The translations under genes and the position numbers were made by a program. Positions 48,875 through 59,700 of a stretch of 64,000 bases of DNA are shown one piece after another. Numbering within the stretch: the first letter of the stretch is position 1; each line of letters begins with the position of its first letter. The stretch covers positions 1-64,000 of the forward strand of contig JBDREQ010000020.1 of NCBI GenBank assembly GCA_043819555.1. The letters are read 5' to 3'. Source of the DNA: Candidatus Zixiibacteriota bacterium. Its GTDB lineage: Bacteria; Zixibacteria; MSB-5A5; GN15; JAAZOE01. The notes beneath the pieces were generated by a model. That model was not told the origin of the DNA. It made no database searches and saw only the letters and a program-made list of their open reading frames with translations.

Positions 48875-51634
48875 ATGAAATCATGGAGACATTTTATTGG
48901 TGGCGCCGTTTGTATTCTGACGATCATTGCGGGGATTGACTGCATGGCTCAGGACCCGGGGCTTCCTGATACCGTTAAAATCGAGGGGGGACCGCTGATT
49001 GTCGGAAGATCAATCCCTCTCGCATTTACTGTTGTAAATGATGAATTCGTCCGGGGGAATACATCCGGCCTATTAATTTTCTCAAATGATGGCGGTTGCG
49101 CCAGCTATGATTCGGTCGTTTATATTAATCGCCAAAATGACCCATCTGTTATGGATTTTAGGTTGGTCAGATCGCGAAAGGAAACCTGTATTGGAAATGA
49201 TAGCCTTCATGTCGTCAATGGCACCTGGTTCGGAAATCCCCTGCCTCCCGGAAGTGATCCAATTCTCCTTCTTTATTTCACGGGTATCAACACCGGTCAT
49301 ATAACCATTGATTCTTCCTATTTTCCGCCCGGGGCTCCGTTTGCGTTGCAACGGTGGGATTACATCAATGGCTATACGCCGCAATTTACATCAACCACTA
49401 TTGAGATTATCGAAGGAACATTGCCTCCGGAAATTGCAGTTCCCGATGGTTATCTCTCTACAACCGCCGGAGAAAGCATTAGTTTTGAAATTGGAGGATA
49501 TTCACCTGAAGATTTCCCAATCACTCTTGAACTGATTGGCATGAAAGGTTTCGACGATGACGCAAGGTTACCGGAAAATTTACCAACTTTGAGCGAAGAG
49601 AATCCGGCGCTCTTCGAATGGTATGTTACTTCCAATGACATTGGCATCTGGACCGCCTTATTTAGAGTCTGTGATACCGAGGGATTATGCGTTGTCGACA
49701 GCGTCGTTATTCAGGTTGTGGGAAGCGCACCCTATTTAATTACCATGAACATACAAGAAATAATGGGTGTTTGTAATGCCAACAGTTTAGCCCACGGTAA
49801 TTTCGATGAAGACGACAATCCAGAATTATTTATCAGCGGAACCGGGAGTAATTTAACTCCTACCATGGAGCTGTACGATTTTAATTCTTCGGAAGGTTGG
49901 CAACGAGTATTTGCACATAAAGACCTGGAACCGAAATTTGGCTCACAAGCGGGTTATTTTAATGGCGACAGTAATTTGGATGTTTTCTTAATGGGATTTG
50001 AAAACGGGCCATACCGAGTTCTTACCGCTGAAGGAGATGGCGCTAATTCTTTTGCGCTTTCAGGATTTGAAAATGATGGCCATGTAACGCGCAATATTAT
50101 CAGTGGAGAATTTACGGGTGATAATTATATCGATGTCGCCTCAACATGGCACGACGGTGTTCGGATTTATGCCGGCAATAATCAGGGTGATTTTTCATAT
50201 ATCTCCATAATTCCCACTTCCGACTCTGCGGTTACTGTAAACTCCGCCGATTTTAATGGTGATGGAATCGATGATTTGGCTATTGGTACTAAAAGCGGTA
50301 TAAAAATATATCTTGGCGACGGGACTGCTGGATTTAATGAAGTGGAATTTCATCCACAAGTGTATGCCACTCTGGATGTCGAGATTACCAACAACGGCAG
50401 TGATTTCAATAACGATAATATTTACGATCTGTGTATCTCCACGCCATCTGTTGGAGGCGAAAGAAGTGAAATTGTTATTTATCTTGGCAATGGGGATGGT
50501 ACGTTCAGCCAGCATGTGATTCGCGATATCACGGGACAAGTTTTTGGCAATTGCGTTGGCGATTTTAATAACGATAGTCGACTCGATATTGCGTTCGTCA
50601 ATGGCTCCCAAAAATATGTCGGTATTTTATTTGGCGAAGGGGATGCCACATTTTCAAATGAGATGAGATATGAAGTTAAAAATCATATCCCCAGATATAT
50701 TGATTGTTTTGATGCTGATCTGGATGGCGATCTCGATATAATAGTCGCATCTATTACCGTGGACCAGGGAAATTCGCTTTATTATCTGGAAAATCAGACA
50801 AATCCAGATGGTTACTTGCCCCAGTCACTAACATTGACCGCATTTGATAACGCCACCATTGAACTCAATTCTGCGGACGGGAAAGTATTCAATCGGATAA
50901 AAAACGTGATGCCTTCGGGAGATTATTATCGCCGCAATGTCGATCTTGATGATGATATGGATGATTTTATCTCCATGGGCGTCGTCGAAAATGAGGCTTA
51001 TTCGCTCAAAGCGTTCCCTAAATCAGATAAATCAATAGGAGAGACATTCTCACTGGAATTTACTATTAATGGGCGGCTCTACCGCCTGGCCAAAGATATG
51101 CCAATGCGGTCCGAAGGTTATCAGTTTACGTTTTACGCAGGCGATGATTTTCCCGCTATGCCTCGGCCGGGGAAAATTACGCATATAAATCCGCCAACCT
51201 TTATGTGGCAGGGGGAAGGACCGTTTCATTTTCAATTAGCCCGCGACTATGATTTCAATAACGTACTTTATGATTTGACAATTTACGGAAACGAATATAC
51301 GACCGACGGCCTGTTGGACGTGATTGACACAACTACATATTATTGGCGGATTAAACCGGTGGGCGAGCCCGAATACGATTGCCTGTATGTTATCAGTTTA
51401 TACCTCAATCCGGGCAATCATTGCGGCGACGCCAATGATGATGGAATTGTAAACATCGGCGATGCGGTATTTCTCATCAACCATATATTCAAAGGCGGAC
51501 AGGCGCCATATCCTTTAGAAATAGGCGATGCCAATTGCGATGGTAACACAAATGTAGGAGACGCTGTTTATATCATTAATGTTGTATTCAAGGGCGGACC
51601 GGGTATATGTGACAATTGTGATATAGCATGGTAG
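48875..51634 (+). CDS. Secreted protein: cohesin-like N-terminus, Ig-like domain, FG-GAP/VCBS repeats, C-terminal dockerin
   Basis: QDPGLPDTVKI..DSVVY..ITIDSSYFPP; repeated (A/G)DFNxDxxxD motifs; CGDANDDGIVNIGDAVFLINHIFKGG. Confidence 0.8.
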   Translation: MKSWRHFIGGAVCILTIIAGIDCMAQDPGLPDTVKIEGGPLIVGRSIPLAFTVVNDEFVRGNTSGLLIFSNDGGCASYDSVVYINRQNDPSVMDFRLVRSRKETCIGNDSLHVVNGTWFGNPLPPGSDPILLLYFTGINTGHITIDSSYFPPGAPFALQRWDYINGYTPQFTSTTIEIIEGTLPPEIAVPDGYLSTTAGESISFEIGGYSPEDFPITLELIGMKGFDDDARLPENLPTLSEENPALFEWYVTSNDIGIWTALFRVCDTEGLCVVDSVVIQVVGSAPYLITMNIQEIMGVCNANSLAHGNFDEDDNPELFISGTGSNLTPTMELYDFNSSEGWQRVFAHKDLEPKFGSQAGYFNGDSNLDVFLMGFENGPYRVLTAEGDGANSFALSGFENDGHVTRNIISGEFTGDNYIDVASTWHDGVRIYAGNNQGDFSYISIIPTSDSAVTVNSADFNGDGIDDLAIGTKSGIKIYLGDGTAGFNEVEFHPQVYATLDVEITNNGSDFNNDNIYDLCISTPSVGGERSEIVIYLGNGDGTFSQHVIRDITGQVFGNCVGDFNNDSRLDIAFVNGSQKYVGILFGEGDATFSNEMRYEVKNHIPRYIDCFDADLDGDLDIIVASITVDQGNSLYYLENQTNPDGYLPQSLTLTAFDNATIELNSADGKVFNRIKNVMPSGDYYRRNVDLDDDMDDFISMGVVENEAYSLKAFPKSDKSIGETFSLEFTINGRLYRLAKDMPMRSEGYQFTFYAGDDFPAMPRPGKITHINPPTFMWQGEGPFHFQLARDYDFNNVLYDLTIYGNEYTTDGLLDVIDTTTYYWRIKPVGEPEYDCLYVISLYLNPGNHCGDANDDGIVNIGDAVFLINHIFKGGQAPYPLEIGDANCDGNTNVGDAVYIINVVFKGGPGICDNCDIAW

Positions 51635-51684
51635 ATGGTCGCAATACGAGAATTTTTGGCATTAAGATTATATATAGAGATATT

Positions 51685-51719
51685 AGCTCCACAATTATGG
51701 TGAAATTGTGGAGCTTTTT
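51685..51719 (+). terminator. Intrinsic terminator
   Basis: agctccacaatt-N7-aattgtggagct followed by a T-run. Confidence 0.7.
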
Positions 51720-51854
51720 GTGAAGTATATTTCATTGAAGTAAATTCGAAAAAATGGGTAATAATACCGCTCTGTGGAAAACACATTTAATTAAAATGGG
51801 TTGTAATACTTAAAAATATGATTTTCATAATGCAATCAAGTGTGGAGACATGAA

Positions 51855-52271
51855 ATGGCAGAAAACAAAACTCAACCAACCAAGCGAAGCGTAGAAAAGT
51901 TCTTATCCGGAATAACCCCCGATAAAAAGCGAGAGGATTCTTTGGTTCTATTGGAATTGATGAAAAAGGCTACCGGGGAAAAACCGCAAATGTGGGGCGA
52001 TAGTATTATTGGTTTTGGGACTTATCATTACAAATATGCGAGCGGACGCGAGGGTGATTTTTTAATGACCGGGTTTTCACCTCGAAAGCAAAATCTGACG
52101 GTCTATATTATGCCGGGATTCGATCGGTTTGCGGATTTAATGGGAAAATTGGGTAAATTTAAAATTTCAAAATCATGCCTGTATATTAAAAACCTTGAGG
52201 ATGTCGACATCTCAGTTTTAAAGAAATTGATAAAACAATCAATGGATTACATGATCAAGATTTATAAGTAA
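51855..52271 (+). CDS. DUF1801 (YdhG-like) protein
   Basis: MWGDSIIGFGTYHYKYASGREGD, GFSPRKQNL, KSCLYIK; likely start MAENK after GGAG (start position approximate). Confidence 0.8.
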   Translation: MAENKTQPTKRSVEKFLSGITPDKKREDSLVLLELMKKATGEKPQMWGDSIIGFGTYHYKYASGREGDFLMTGFSPRKQNLTVYIMPGFDRFADLMGKLGKFKISKSCLYIKNLEDVDISVLKKLIKQSMDYMIKIYK

Positions 52272-52398
52272 TCACTAATTAACGCCAATATATTCATCAA
52301 CAACGGCTTCGGGGCAGAACTGCAGTATCAATTTTTCAATTAATTTTCCGATAAATGTATAATAGGAATTGAATTAAAGGCAAGACAGGAATACTTTA

Positions 52399-53487
52399 AT
52401 GCCCAAAATTGATCAGTTACTAAAAATTGTAAAACAGGCAAACGCATCGGATCTTCATTTGAATGTTGGTACCGTACCTATAGTTAGAGTAAATGGCCAG
52501 CTTGAGAAAACTCGAACAAACAAATTAACAGAAGAGAGCATTCGTCAACTAATTTATGAAATCCTCACTGACAGCCAGATTAAACAATTCCAAAAAACAG
52601 GCGATCTTGATTTTTCTTATGGGTTGACGGATCTGGCAAGGTTCCGTTTAAATATCTATAGAACTTTTCATGGTATTGGAGCGGCAATTCGATTAATAAA
52701 TGAAGATATTACAGATCTGCGCACTTTGGGATTCAGTGATTCATTAGCCAGATTGACTGAAAATAAATCCGGAATTGTTCTGGTCACTGGCCCAACCAAC
52801 AGCGGTAAGACGACGACTCTTGCAGCGATGGTTGATAATATTAATACCCATTTTTCCAGGCATATTATAACGCTGGAAGATCCTATCGAAATAGTCCACG
52901 AAAATAAGAATTCCTTGATATCACAACGCCAGATCGGCCTACATTCCGATTCATTTCCCAAAGCATTACGGGCGGCATTGCGGGAAGATCCTGATGTCAT
53001 TTTGGTTGGTGAGATGCGTGATACCGAAACAATCTCGCTGGCTATTACAGCCGCCGAAGTAGGGCTTCTTGTGCTGGGAACGCTTCACACGCGGACTGCC
53101 GCCACAACGATAAATCGCATCATTGATGTATTTCCGCCGGAGCAACAGCAGCAAACACGTATTATGCTGGCCGATACGCTGATGGGCGTGGTATCCCAGC
53201 AATTGGTCAGGAAAGCCGATGGATCTGGCAGGACGGTTGCTTTCGAACTCTTAATAAGAACAACTTCACTCGTAAGCCAGATTCGAGATGCCAAAACTCA
53301 TCAGATACCGACCACAATCCAGACCGGACGCAAGCAGGGAATGCAACTTCTTGATAATCATTTGAGAGAACTAACCGAGACTGGAATTATAACGACCGAG
53401 GAGGCCATGCGAATTGCCACTGAACCATCACAATTTATGGCGTCATCGAACACCGGGAAATTAGTTCAGGAGCTGACACAGGTTTGA
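52399..53487 (+). CDS. pilT: PilT/PilU-family type IV pilus retraction ATPase
   Basis: ASDLHL, GPTNSGKTT, ITLEDPIE, ALREDPDVILVGEMRD, GTLHT, RIIDVFP. Confidence 0.88.
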   Translation: MPKIDQLLKIVKQANASDLHLNVGTVPIVRVNGQLEKTRTNKLTEESIRQLIYEILTDSQIKQFQKTGDLDFSYGLTDLARFRLNIYRTFHGIGAAIRLINEDITDLRTLGFSDSLARLTENKSGIVLVTGPTNSGKTTTLAAMVDNINTHFSRHIITLEDPIEIVHENKNSLISQRQIGLHSDSFPKALRAALREDPDVILVGEMRDTETISLAITAAEVGLLVLGTLHTRTAATTINRIIDVFPPEQQQQTRIMLADTLMGVVSQQLVRKADGSGRTVAFELLIRTTSLVSQIRDAKTHQIPTTIQTGRKQGMQLLDNHLRELTETGIITTEEAMRIATEPSQFMASSNTGKLVQELTQV

Positions 53488-55625
53488 AGACAGTCCAGAC
53501 AAAAAGAAAGAGATTGGATGAAATCCTCCTGGCGGAGGGAAACATCGATCAGGAACAGATTCTTGAAGCGCTTATGCGCCAGAAAGCTCATGGCGGCAGA
53601 TTTGGTACTCAGCTACTTTATTATCGTTATGTTGATGAACGCAACCTGGTAAGAGCTTTAACCATCCAGCTAAACTGTGCCGGTATAGTTCTGTCGGATA
53701 CCAAAATCGATGAAAATGTCATAAAAATGCTGCCGGTCAAACACGCAGTTGCAAGAAAGATTATACCATTTAAGTATGATGAAAAATCAAACACTCTAAG
53801 TATCGCATGTGAAGATCCGACTGATCTAACCCTCATCAACGATACAAATTACCTGGTACAAGGTAAAAATATAAAGCTCTACGTTGCTACCGAATTGGCG
53901 ATTGATGCGGCGATCAACAAATACTATCTTGGCCGTGATATCAATCTTGAGGATAGTCTGTCGCTGGAATTGCCAGACCTGACTCTTATAAATGATTTGC
54001 CAGATGAATCGGACGATGAAAGAATCCGCAGGGATAAACAAGCCCCAGGCAAGTCAGTATTGATAATTACTGATGAGGAATACTCCGGATCGCTCTTTCA
54101 GAGTGTTCTTGAACGGGATAAATTCGAAGTTGCGATCTATGATACTTGTGATAAGGCCTTGACTTTAATTGAAGAACGAAACTTTCACGCAATCCTGATA
54201 AAAAAATCAGTTCCCGATGATCATAAAAAACTTACTGATCGGTTGAGGAAAATATCTCCTCGGACAAAGATTAGATTATTCGATACTTCGTCGTCGCTTT
54301 TATGGGATGATCAGCCGGATAACCTGACAGATTCCATCCTGAGGCAAAATCTCGATTTATTTTTATCAATGATGGCTTCTCGCGAGAACATTAACGAAAA
54401 CCACAGCGGTACGGTTGGCCGATATGTATATAAACTCTGTTGTAAGCTTGGATTATGCGGTCAGGATCGAGCTGTAATTACAAATGCGGCATACATTCAC
54501 GATCTAACCAGATATTATTATCGCGCCAATGACACTTCCGATTATGCGTCACTGATAAAGAAGACTATTAAATTGTCAGAGTCGGTCAATTTTCCTCTGG
54601 TAATGACTGATATGCTTAAGGCTATGTATCAAGACCTGCGGCCCGAGTATAAGAAAACTCTTCCCCTGGAAATATTGGGAGGAAACATACTGACAATTGT
54701 TGACCTATTTTGTGAAAATGTTCAGCTTAATCAAAAGCTAACCCTGGAGAAATTTGAGGCTGTAAAAAAACGGCTGCGAGATTATTCAAATAAGCTTTTC
54801 CTCCCCGATGTGGTAGAAGCGTTTATCGGTATGGTACAGGAGGAAGTCCTGTTTTTCCAAACCTCCGGAATATCCACGCAAATAATGCTCTACTCGAACG
54901 ATCAGGAAGCTTCCCATCCCCTTGAACTCAGATTAAAAAACGAAAACTTCATAGTTATTTCAGAATCTTCTTCCGATTCATTCTTAAACCTCTATCATCG
55001 AAGCCGGCCTGATATCCTGGCATTGGTCATTAAGGGAAACCCCGCTCAAGTATCAAAGAAGATAAACGAATTTAGTCAAAAAGGTGTGAACTATAAGCAA
55101 ACGCCTACAATTCTGCTGGCCGAAACCAGAGTATTATCAGAGGCTGCAACCTTTTTCGATCAGGGGATTAAGGATGTCATTGCACTTGATGGCAACCATG
55201 ATTTACTTGTAGTTCAACTTAAGAAAATACATACAAGACTTATTGAACAAGCTAAGCAGAAAAATGACCCGGATGGGAAATTTGCTGGTGCCAGCGGACG
55301 ATTATCAGATATTAATCTTATCGACCTTATACAGGCATTGGGTCCCGGGCGGAAAACCGTCAAGATAACTATTACCGGGGAAACTCTATCACAAGATAAA
55401 GTGATTATATACCTGAAAAGGGGCAGTATAATCTTCGCCAAAACTAACAGCCTTAGCGGCGCTGATGCAGTTTATGAAGGAATGGCTTGGACGGATGGTC
55501 GGTGGCAGGTTGAACCGGTTGAGGAAACCGATCTTCCTGAACCCAACATTACGCTTTCTAATGACTCCATCCTAATGCAAGGCGCTTATCAACTTGATGA
55601 AAAGATGAAAGCCGGTAAGCTCTAA
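53484..55625 (+). CDS. MshEN/GSPII_N, pseudo-receiver, HD-like, pseudo-receiver and DUF4388 multidomain protein
   Basis: RLDEILLAEGNI..QILEALMRQ..RFGTQL; ACEDPTDL; AAYIHDL; GRLSDINLIDLIQAL..IYLKRGSIIFA..GADAVY..WTDG. Overlaps the pilT stop by 4 nt. Confidence 0.7.
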   Translation: MKTVQTKRKRLDEILLAEGNIDQEQILEALMRQKAHGGRFGTQLLYYRYVDERNLVRALTIQLNCAGIVLSDTKIDENVIKMLPVKHAVARKIIPFKYDEKSNTLSIACEDPTDLTLINDTNYLVQGKNIKLYVATELAIDAAINKYYLGRDINLEDSLSLELPDLTLINDLPDESDDERIRRDKQAPGKSVLIITDEEYSGSLFQSVLERDKFEVAIYDTCDKALTLIEERNFHAILIKKSVPDDHKKLTDRLRKISPRTKIRLFDTSSSLLWDDQPDNLTDSILRQNLDLFLSMMASRENINENHSGTVGRYVYKLCCKLGLCGQDRAVITNAAYIHDLTRYYYRANDTSDYASLIKKTIKLSESVNFPLVMTDMLKAMYQDLRPEYKKTLPLEILGGNILTIVDLFCENVQLNQKLTLEKFEAVKKRLRDYSNKLFLPDVVEAFIGMVQEEVLFFQTSGISTQIMLYSNDQEASHPLELRLKNENFIVISESSSDSFLNLYHRSRPDILALVIKGNPAQVSKKINEFSQKGVNYKQTPTILLAETRVLSEAATFFDQGIKDVIALDGNHDLLVVQLKKIHTRLIEQAKQKNDPDGKFAGASGRLSDINLIDLIQALGPGRKTVKITITGETLSQDKVIIYLKRGSIIFAKTNSLSGADAVYEGMAWTDGRWQVEPVEETDLPEPNITLSNDSILMQGAYQLDEKMKAGKL

Positions 55626-55706
55626 GTCCTTCAATAATCCGCAAATTTACAATCTCGGACCATTATCTTCTCATACTTTTGGAATTTAAAGGAACTGAAT
55701 GATTTT

Positions 55707-55780
55707 TGGCTGGGGGATAGGGATTCGAACCCCAATACTACGGTCCAGAGCCGCATGTCCTGCCGTTGGACGATCCCCCA
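55707..55780 (-). tRNA. tRNA-Gln (anticodon CTG)
   Basis: Cloverleaf TGGGGGA...TCCCCCA-GCCA, anticodon arm TGCGG-CT-CTG-GA-CCGTA, T-loop GTTCGAATC, encoded CCA. Confidence 0.95.
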
Positions 55781-55846
55781 GTAGGATATTATTTTTTATC
55801 GGTCATTAAAAAAAACTATTTAAGTTTGTACTCAACCGAAGCATAG

Positions 55847-55874
55847 AATATATTGATAATTTCACGACTGTCAA
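55847..55874 (-). promoter_or_regulatory. Sigma70-type promoter of tRNA-Gln
   Basis: TTGACA-N16-TATATT. Confidence 0.6.
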
Positions 55875-55908
55875 GATTGATTTCTCAATATAATATGATA
55901 ATCCGCGC

Positions 55909-55939
55909 AAAAAAACCCGGCCATTTCAACCGGGCTTTT
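55909..55939 (-). terminator. Intrinsic terminator of the cohesin operon
   Basis: cccgg...ccggg stem with T7 on the minus strand. Confidence 0.65.
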
Positions 55940-55964
55940 CAAGTTTTTTCTGGCGTATTAATCG

Positions 55965-56723
55965 CTATTTAAGCAATATCATCTGACGGGATGCGCTTTG
56001 ATTGTTTCCCGTTAAGCGATAGGTGTAAACGCCGCTGGGGAGATTATCTCCTGAGAATATATACTCATAATTTCCCGCTGGTTTGTGGCCCAAATCAATT
56101 TTCTCAATTACTTGTCCGGAAAGATTAAAAACCTCGAAACTATATTGCCCCGCCTTTTTAACAGTATATAAAAACGTCGTCGATGGATTAAAGGGATTGG
56201 GGTAATTCTGTTCCAGAATAAAATGAGTTGGCAGCACGCCAAATGGATCGTCCACCGATAGGGGGATAAAATCAATATATCCATCCTTAAGAGTCACGCT
56301 TAAAGGAACGCCGATGGAATCAACTAATTCAATAATTCCGGAGAATTTGACATAAGCCGAATCAAGGGCATCCGAAGCTGCTTGAAGATTAAACTGAAAA
56401 AGCGGTTCCCCGGCCGGAAGAGTCAGAGGTGATGAAAAATCCTCCCAGATGACAAATATTTTTCCGTCGACCACGTTTGTGGTCCACGACTGAATATATG
56501 ATGTTGCCATAGTATGAAACTCAACTTTGGATGCGTCGAATTCAATAAAGATTTGAACTCCAGCCACATCAGTAAAATCTTCTGTCAATAGTTTCATCTG
56601 GACGATATCCGAAGGCGCCGCCGTCGCACTGGTGATTTCAAGCGTCACCGCAAACGCCGATGATGGGACTACAAGCAGGAGCGCGAAGAGCAATCCCCAA
56701 TATTTACGACCCATCTTATTCAT
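55965..56723 (-). CDS. Secreted single-cohesin protein with T9SS type A/FlgD-like C-terminal domain
   Basis: Signal peptide; DVAGVQIFIEFD..LFQFNL..DG.I cohesin pattern; LPTHFILEQNYPNPFNPST..LPSGVYTYRL..MILLK. Confidence 0.75.
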   Translation of the reverse strand: MNKMGRKYWGLLFALLLVVPSSAFAVTLEITSATAAPSDIVQMKLLTEDFTDVAGVQIFIEFDASKVEFHTMATSYIQSWTTNVVDGKIFVIWEDFSSPLTLPAGEPLFQFNLQAASDALDSAYVKFSGIIELVDSIGVPLSVTLKDGYIDFIPLSVDDPFGVLPTHFILEQNYPNPFNPSTTFLYTVKKAGQYSFEVFNLSGQVIEKIDLGHKPAGNYEYIFSGDNLPSGVYTYRLTGNNQSASRQMILLK

Positions 56724-56799
56724 AAAACCTCCACAGGACAGAGAAATTTATTTTCAAGAGGACCGGTCCCATACCGGCCCTCTTTACTTTACAAAAGTT

Positions 56800-59700
56800 T
56801 TATTTCAAAAGCATCATCTTTTTTGTCTGTTTGAATGTTCCCGACGAGAATTTATATAGATAAATTCCCGAAGTAACGCTCATACCATTATCGTCCGTAC
56901 CATTCCAGACAAATTCAATAATGCCGGCTTCATGATAACCATGAAAAGTTCTAATCTTCTGTCCCATAATATTATAGATATCAAGCGAATATTCCCCGGA
57001 CTCTCTCATGGAAGCCATTATCTTCGTTTCCGGGTTAAACGGATTAGGAATATTCTGTTCGAGACTATACTGGGCCGGGAGCGTGGTTCCGCTCTTTGTT
57101 AATCGGCCATTAATGATATTTAATCGATAGTTGAATCCTGCCTCATCAGCCAATTCGGCACCCGAAATAGTTATTTCACTGGATCCGCCAAACTCTCCGG
57201 TAGTCCTGAACGAGAGTTCCGCAATAGCCTGCGAACCGATAAGATTTAAGGGCGCTTCGAAATCTTCCCATATGAGATGGAAAGCGTTATCGGTTCCGTT
57301 GAGAGTTGTACCGGACAAGATATCGGAATTGACTCCGGTAAATTGGACTTCATTGCCGTCAAATGAAATGTGAAGTTCAATGCCTGCCAGGTTTTCGACA
57401 TCAGAAATATAAATCGGTACTGTGACAATATCATTGGGATGAATAAAAGCCTCTCCAATTTCGATTGTAACCGGTTCCACTGTGGAAAATAGTGGCTTGG
57501 CCGTCAGCGGAGACCAGGTTGCGTTCACATCACCCAATCTAATTCCATAAAAATGCGGCACAACTATATCTTCGTTAACGATCGAAATATTTTTCGATCG
57601 CGGCGCCAGCTGCCAGTTAGTCAATGTTATAGCATATGCGCCGTCGATAAAAGTCCAATTTCCGCCGGGAAGAGCTCCCAATTGTGCCAGATAACGACGG
57701 ATCGAAATAACATCCGAGACGCTGACCGTATTGGTGAGGTTTACGTCGGCGGCGATTAATTGGTAACCAAGGTTAAATCGCTCAACGTAGGCTATATGTC
57801 GGCGAATTTTAATTACGTCGGCAACTGAAACACCGGGGGCATCCTCATCCAACCATGGTGTTATTGAATATCCGCCGATTTCCAAGTCAACAAAGCTATA
57901 TTCACCGGCTCCATCGGTTATATCCGAGCCGCTCGCTTGTCCGCTTAAATCGACATTAACGCCTTCAATGGGAATGTCATTTCCATAATATACAACCGTT
58001 CCCGAAATATCGAACAAGGGATCAATGATTGTAACTTCACCGTTACAGAAACCGAGTGATAAATTCGGGTTGCCAAATTCATCAACAATTTCGTTCCCAT
58101 CAAGCCAGACAATCGGAGATATTTCTCCAACATTGCCAACCGAGGTAAACCAGAGCGTCATCAAAACACCGCCGTCAGGAACGGTAATAGGATTGCCAAT
58201 ATTATCCCAAATGAAGTGAATATAGCCATTCCCATTGATATCGGACAAGTAACCAATAGTGGCTCCGACCATATAGTTTGAAGTCACCGAATCAGCCGCC
58301 AGAACAGCATTTAAATACGTTAAATGCAATTCCACTCCGGCCACTCCGGCGATTTGATAAGCATACACCGGAACGCCTATTGCCAAACCTTGAGGCCCGT
58401 TAACCTCTGCGATATCAATAGCGCATTCATCACAATTGGCAATATTGAAAGAAAGAGTCAAAACCTGGGGAGAATGAGAAGCGTCAGCATTAACGGTTAT
58501 AGTCGTTTGCTGTGGTCCAAAACTGAGTTCCGCGGTATTAACTTCAAAAGATACAGTCGCGGGGGCGGAACCTGAAGTAGCCGAGAGAGTAACTCCGGTA
58601 CCCTCTATCGCGGTCCAATCCATCGCGCCTGTACCGATATTAGAAATATCAAAATCACCGGTCACGATCGTACCCATACATGTATTTCCGAAATTAATTG
58701 AATTTGTCGATAGTGCCAAATCAGGCATTCCATAGACATCAAACAGCACCGGGATTTCAGTCGGGCTGACTAATGAATTGGATGCGAAAGTAGCCGTTGC
58801 AATATGAACCCCTTCAGGTAAACCCGCCGGATTGACACTGAATTCAATGAAATCACCGGACATTCCTGAGGTTGGCGCCAGGGCTACCCAAAGCGCATCA
58901 TCGGTTACCGACCAGGCAAGATTGCCATAACATGAATTTGTGATTTCAAAATTCTGAGGCGGGGGAGTCGTTCCAAGTTCGGCGCTGAAATAAACTGTAT
59001 CAACAGGGAAAGTGAAACATGGCAATCCCGTTATATCGATACTACCGGAAAAAAATTCAGTCGCGCGGGAAGATGCATCCGACTGGATAAATAAAAACTC
59101 AAACGCCGGTGGAATAAAAGCGGAATCTATCGGAACCATTTGAGTTGCCGCGGATGGATCAATTGAAAAATACATTTTCGCAAGTAATCCATTTCCGGTT
59201 GCCAAATATGGTTGAGTGATTCGTAATCCCTCAATATTGACAGTGTTGGCATCATTATCTATCGTTGCCAGGTGCTCTTCCCATGATTCTATGCGGCTTC
59301 CTGAAAATGATACCGAATCACAACTGAGGCCGGTTCCATTATACCAAAGTGGAATATTGAAATTACCGATTTCGACAAAATTCTGATAATTTAACTCAAC
59401 CACAACCTGCCCGCCTGCGGTGGCCATGACATTGGATACCCACAGAGTATCAGCGGCCGGTGTGTCATCAATAACTGTCAAATTAATCGTGACATCCTGG
59501 GGAGCATTATCAGTACCGAAATCGGCATTAAATGTTACAACATCGCTGTAATTTCCCGGTGTCAATCCGGTTAAATTGGCAAAAAATGTAATAGTTCGAT
59601 TTCCAGTGCCGCTGGTCGGATTGATCGTTAACCAGGCCTCATCCTTGCCGGTGATTGTGAAATTTAAAGTTGGGCCACCGCAATTACTGACATTTATTGC

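Noticed and set aside
55707..55780. tRNA-Gln as an integration site of a genomic island
   Set aside because: No integrase nearby and no duplicate of the tRNA 3' end noticed in the window.
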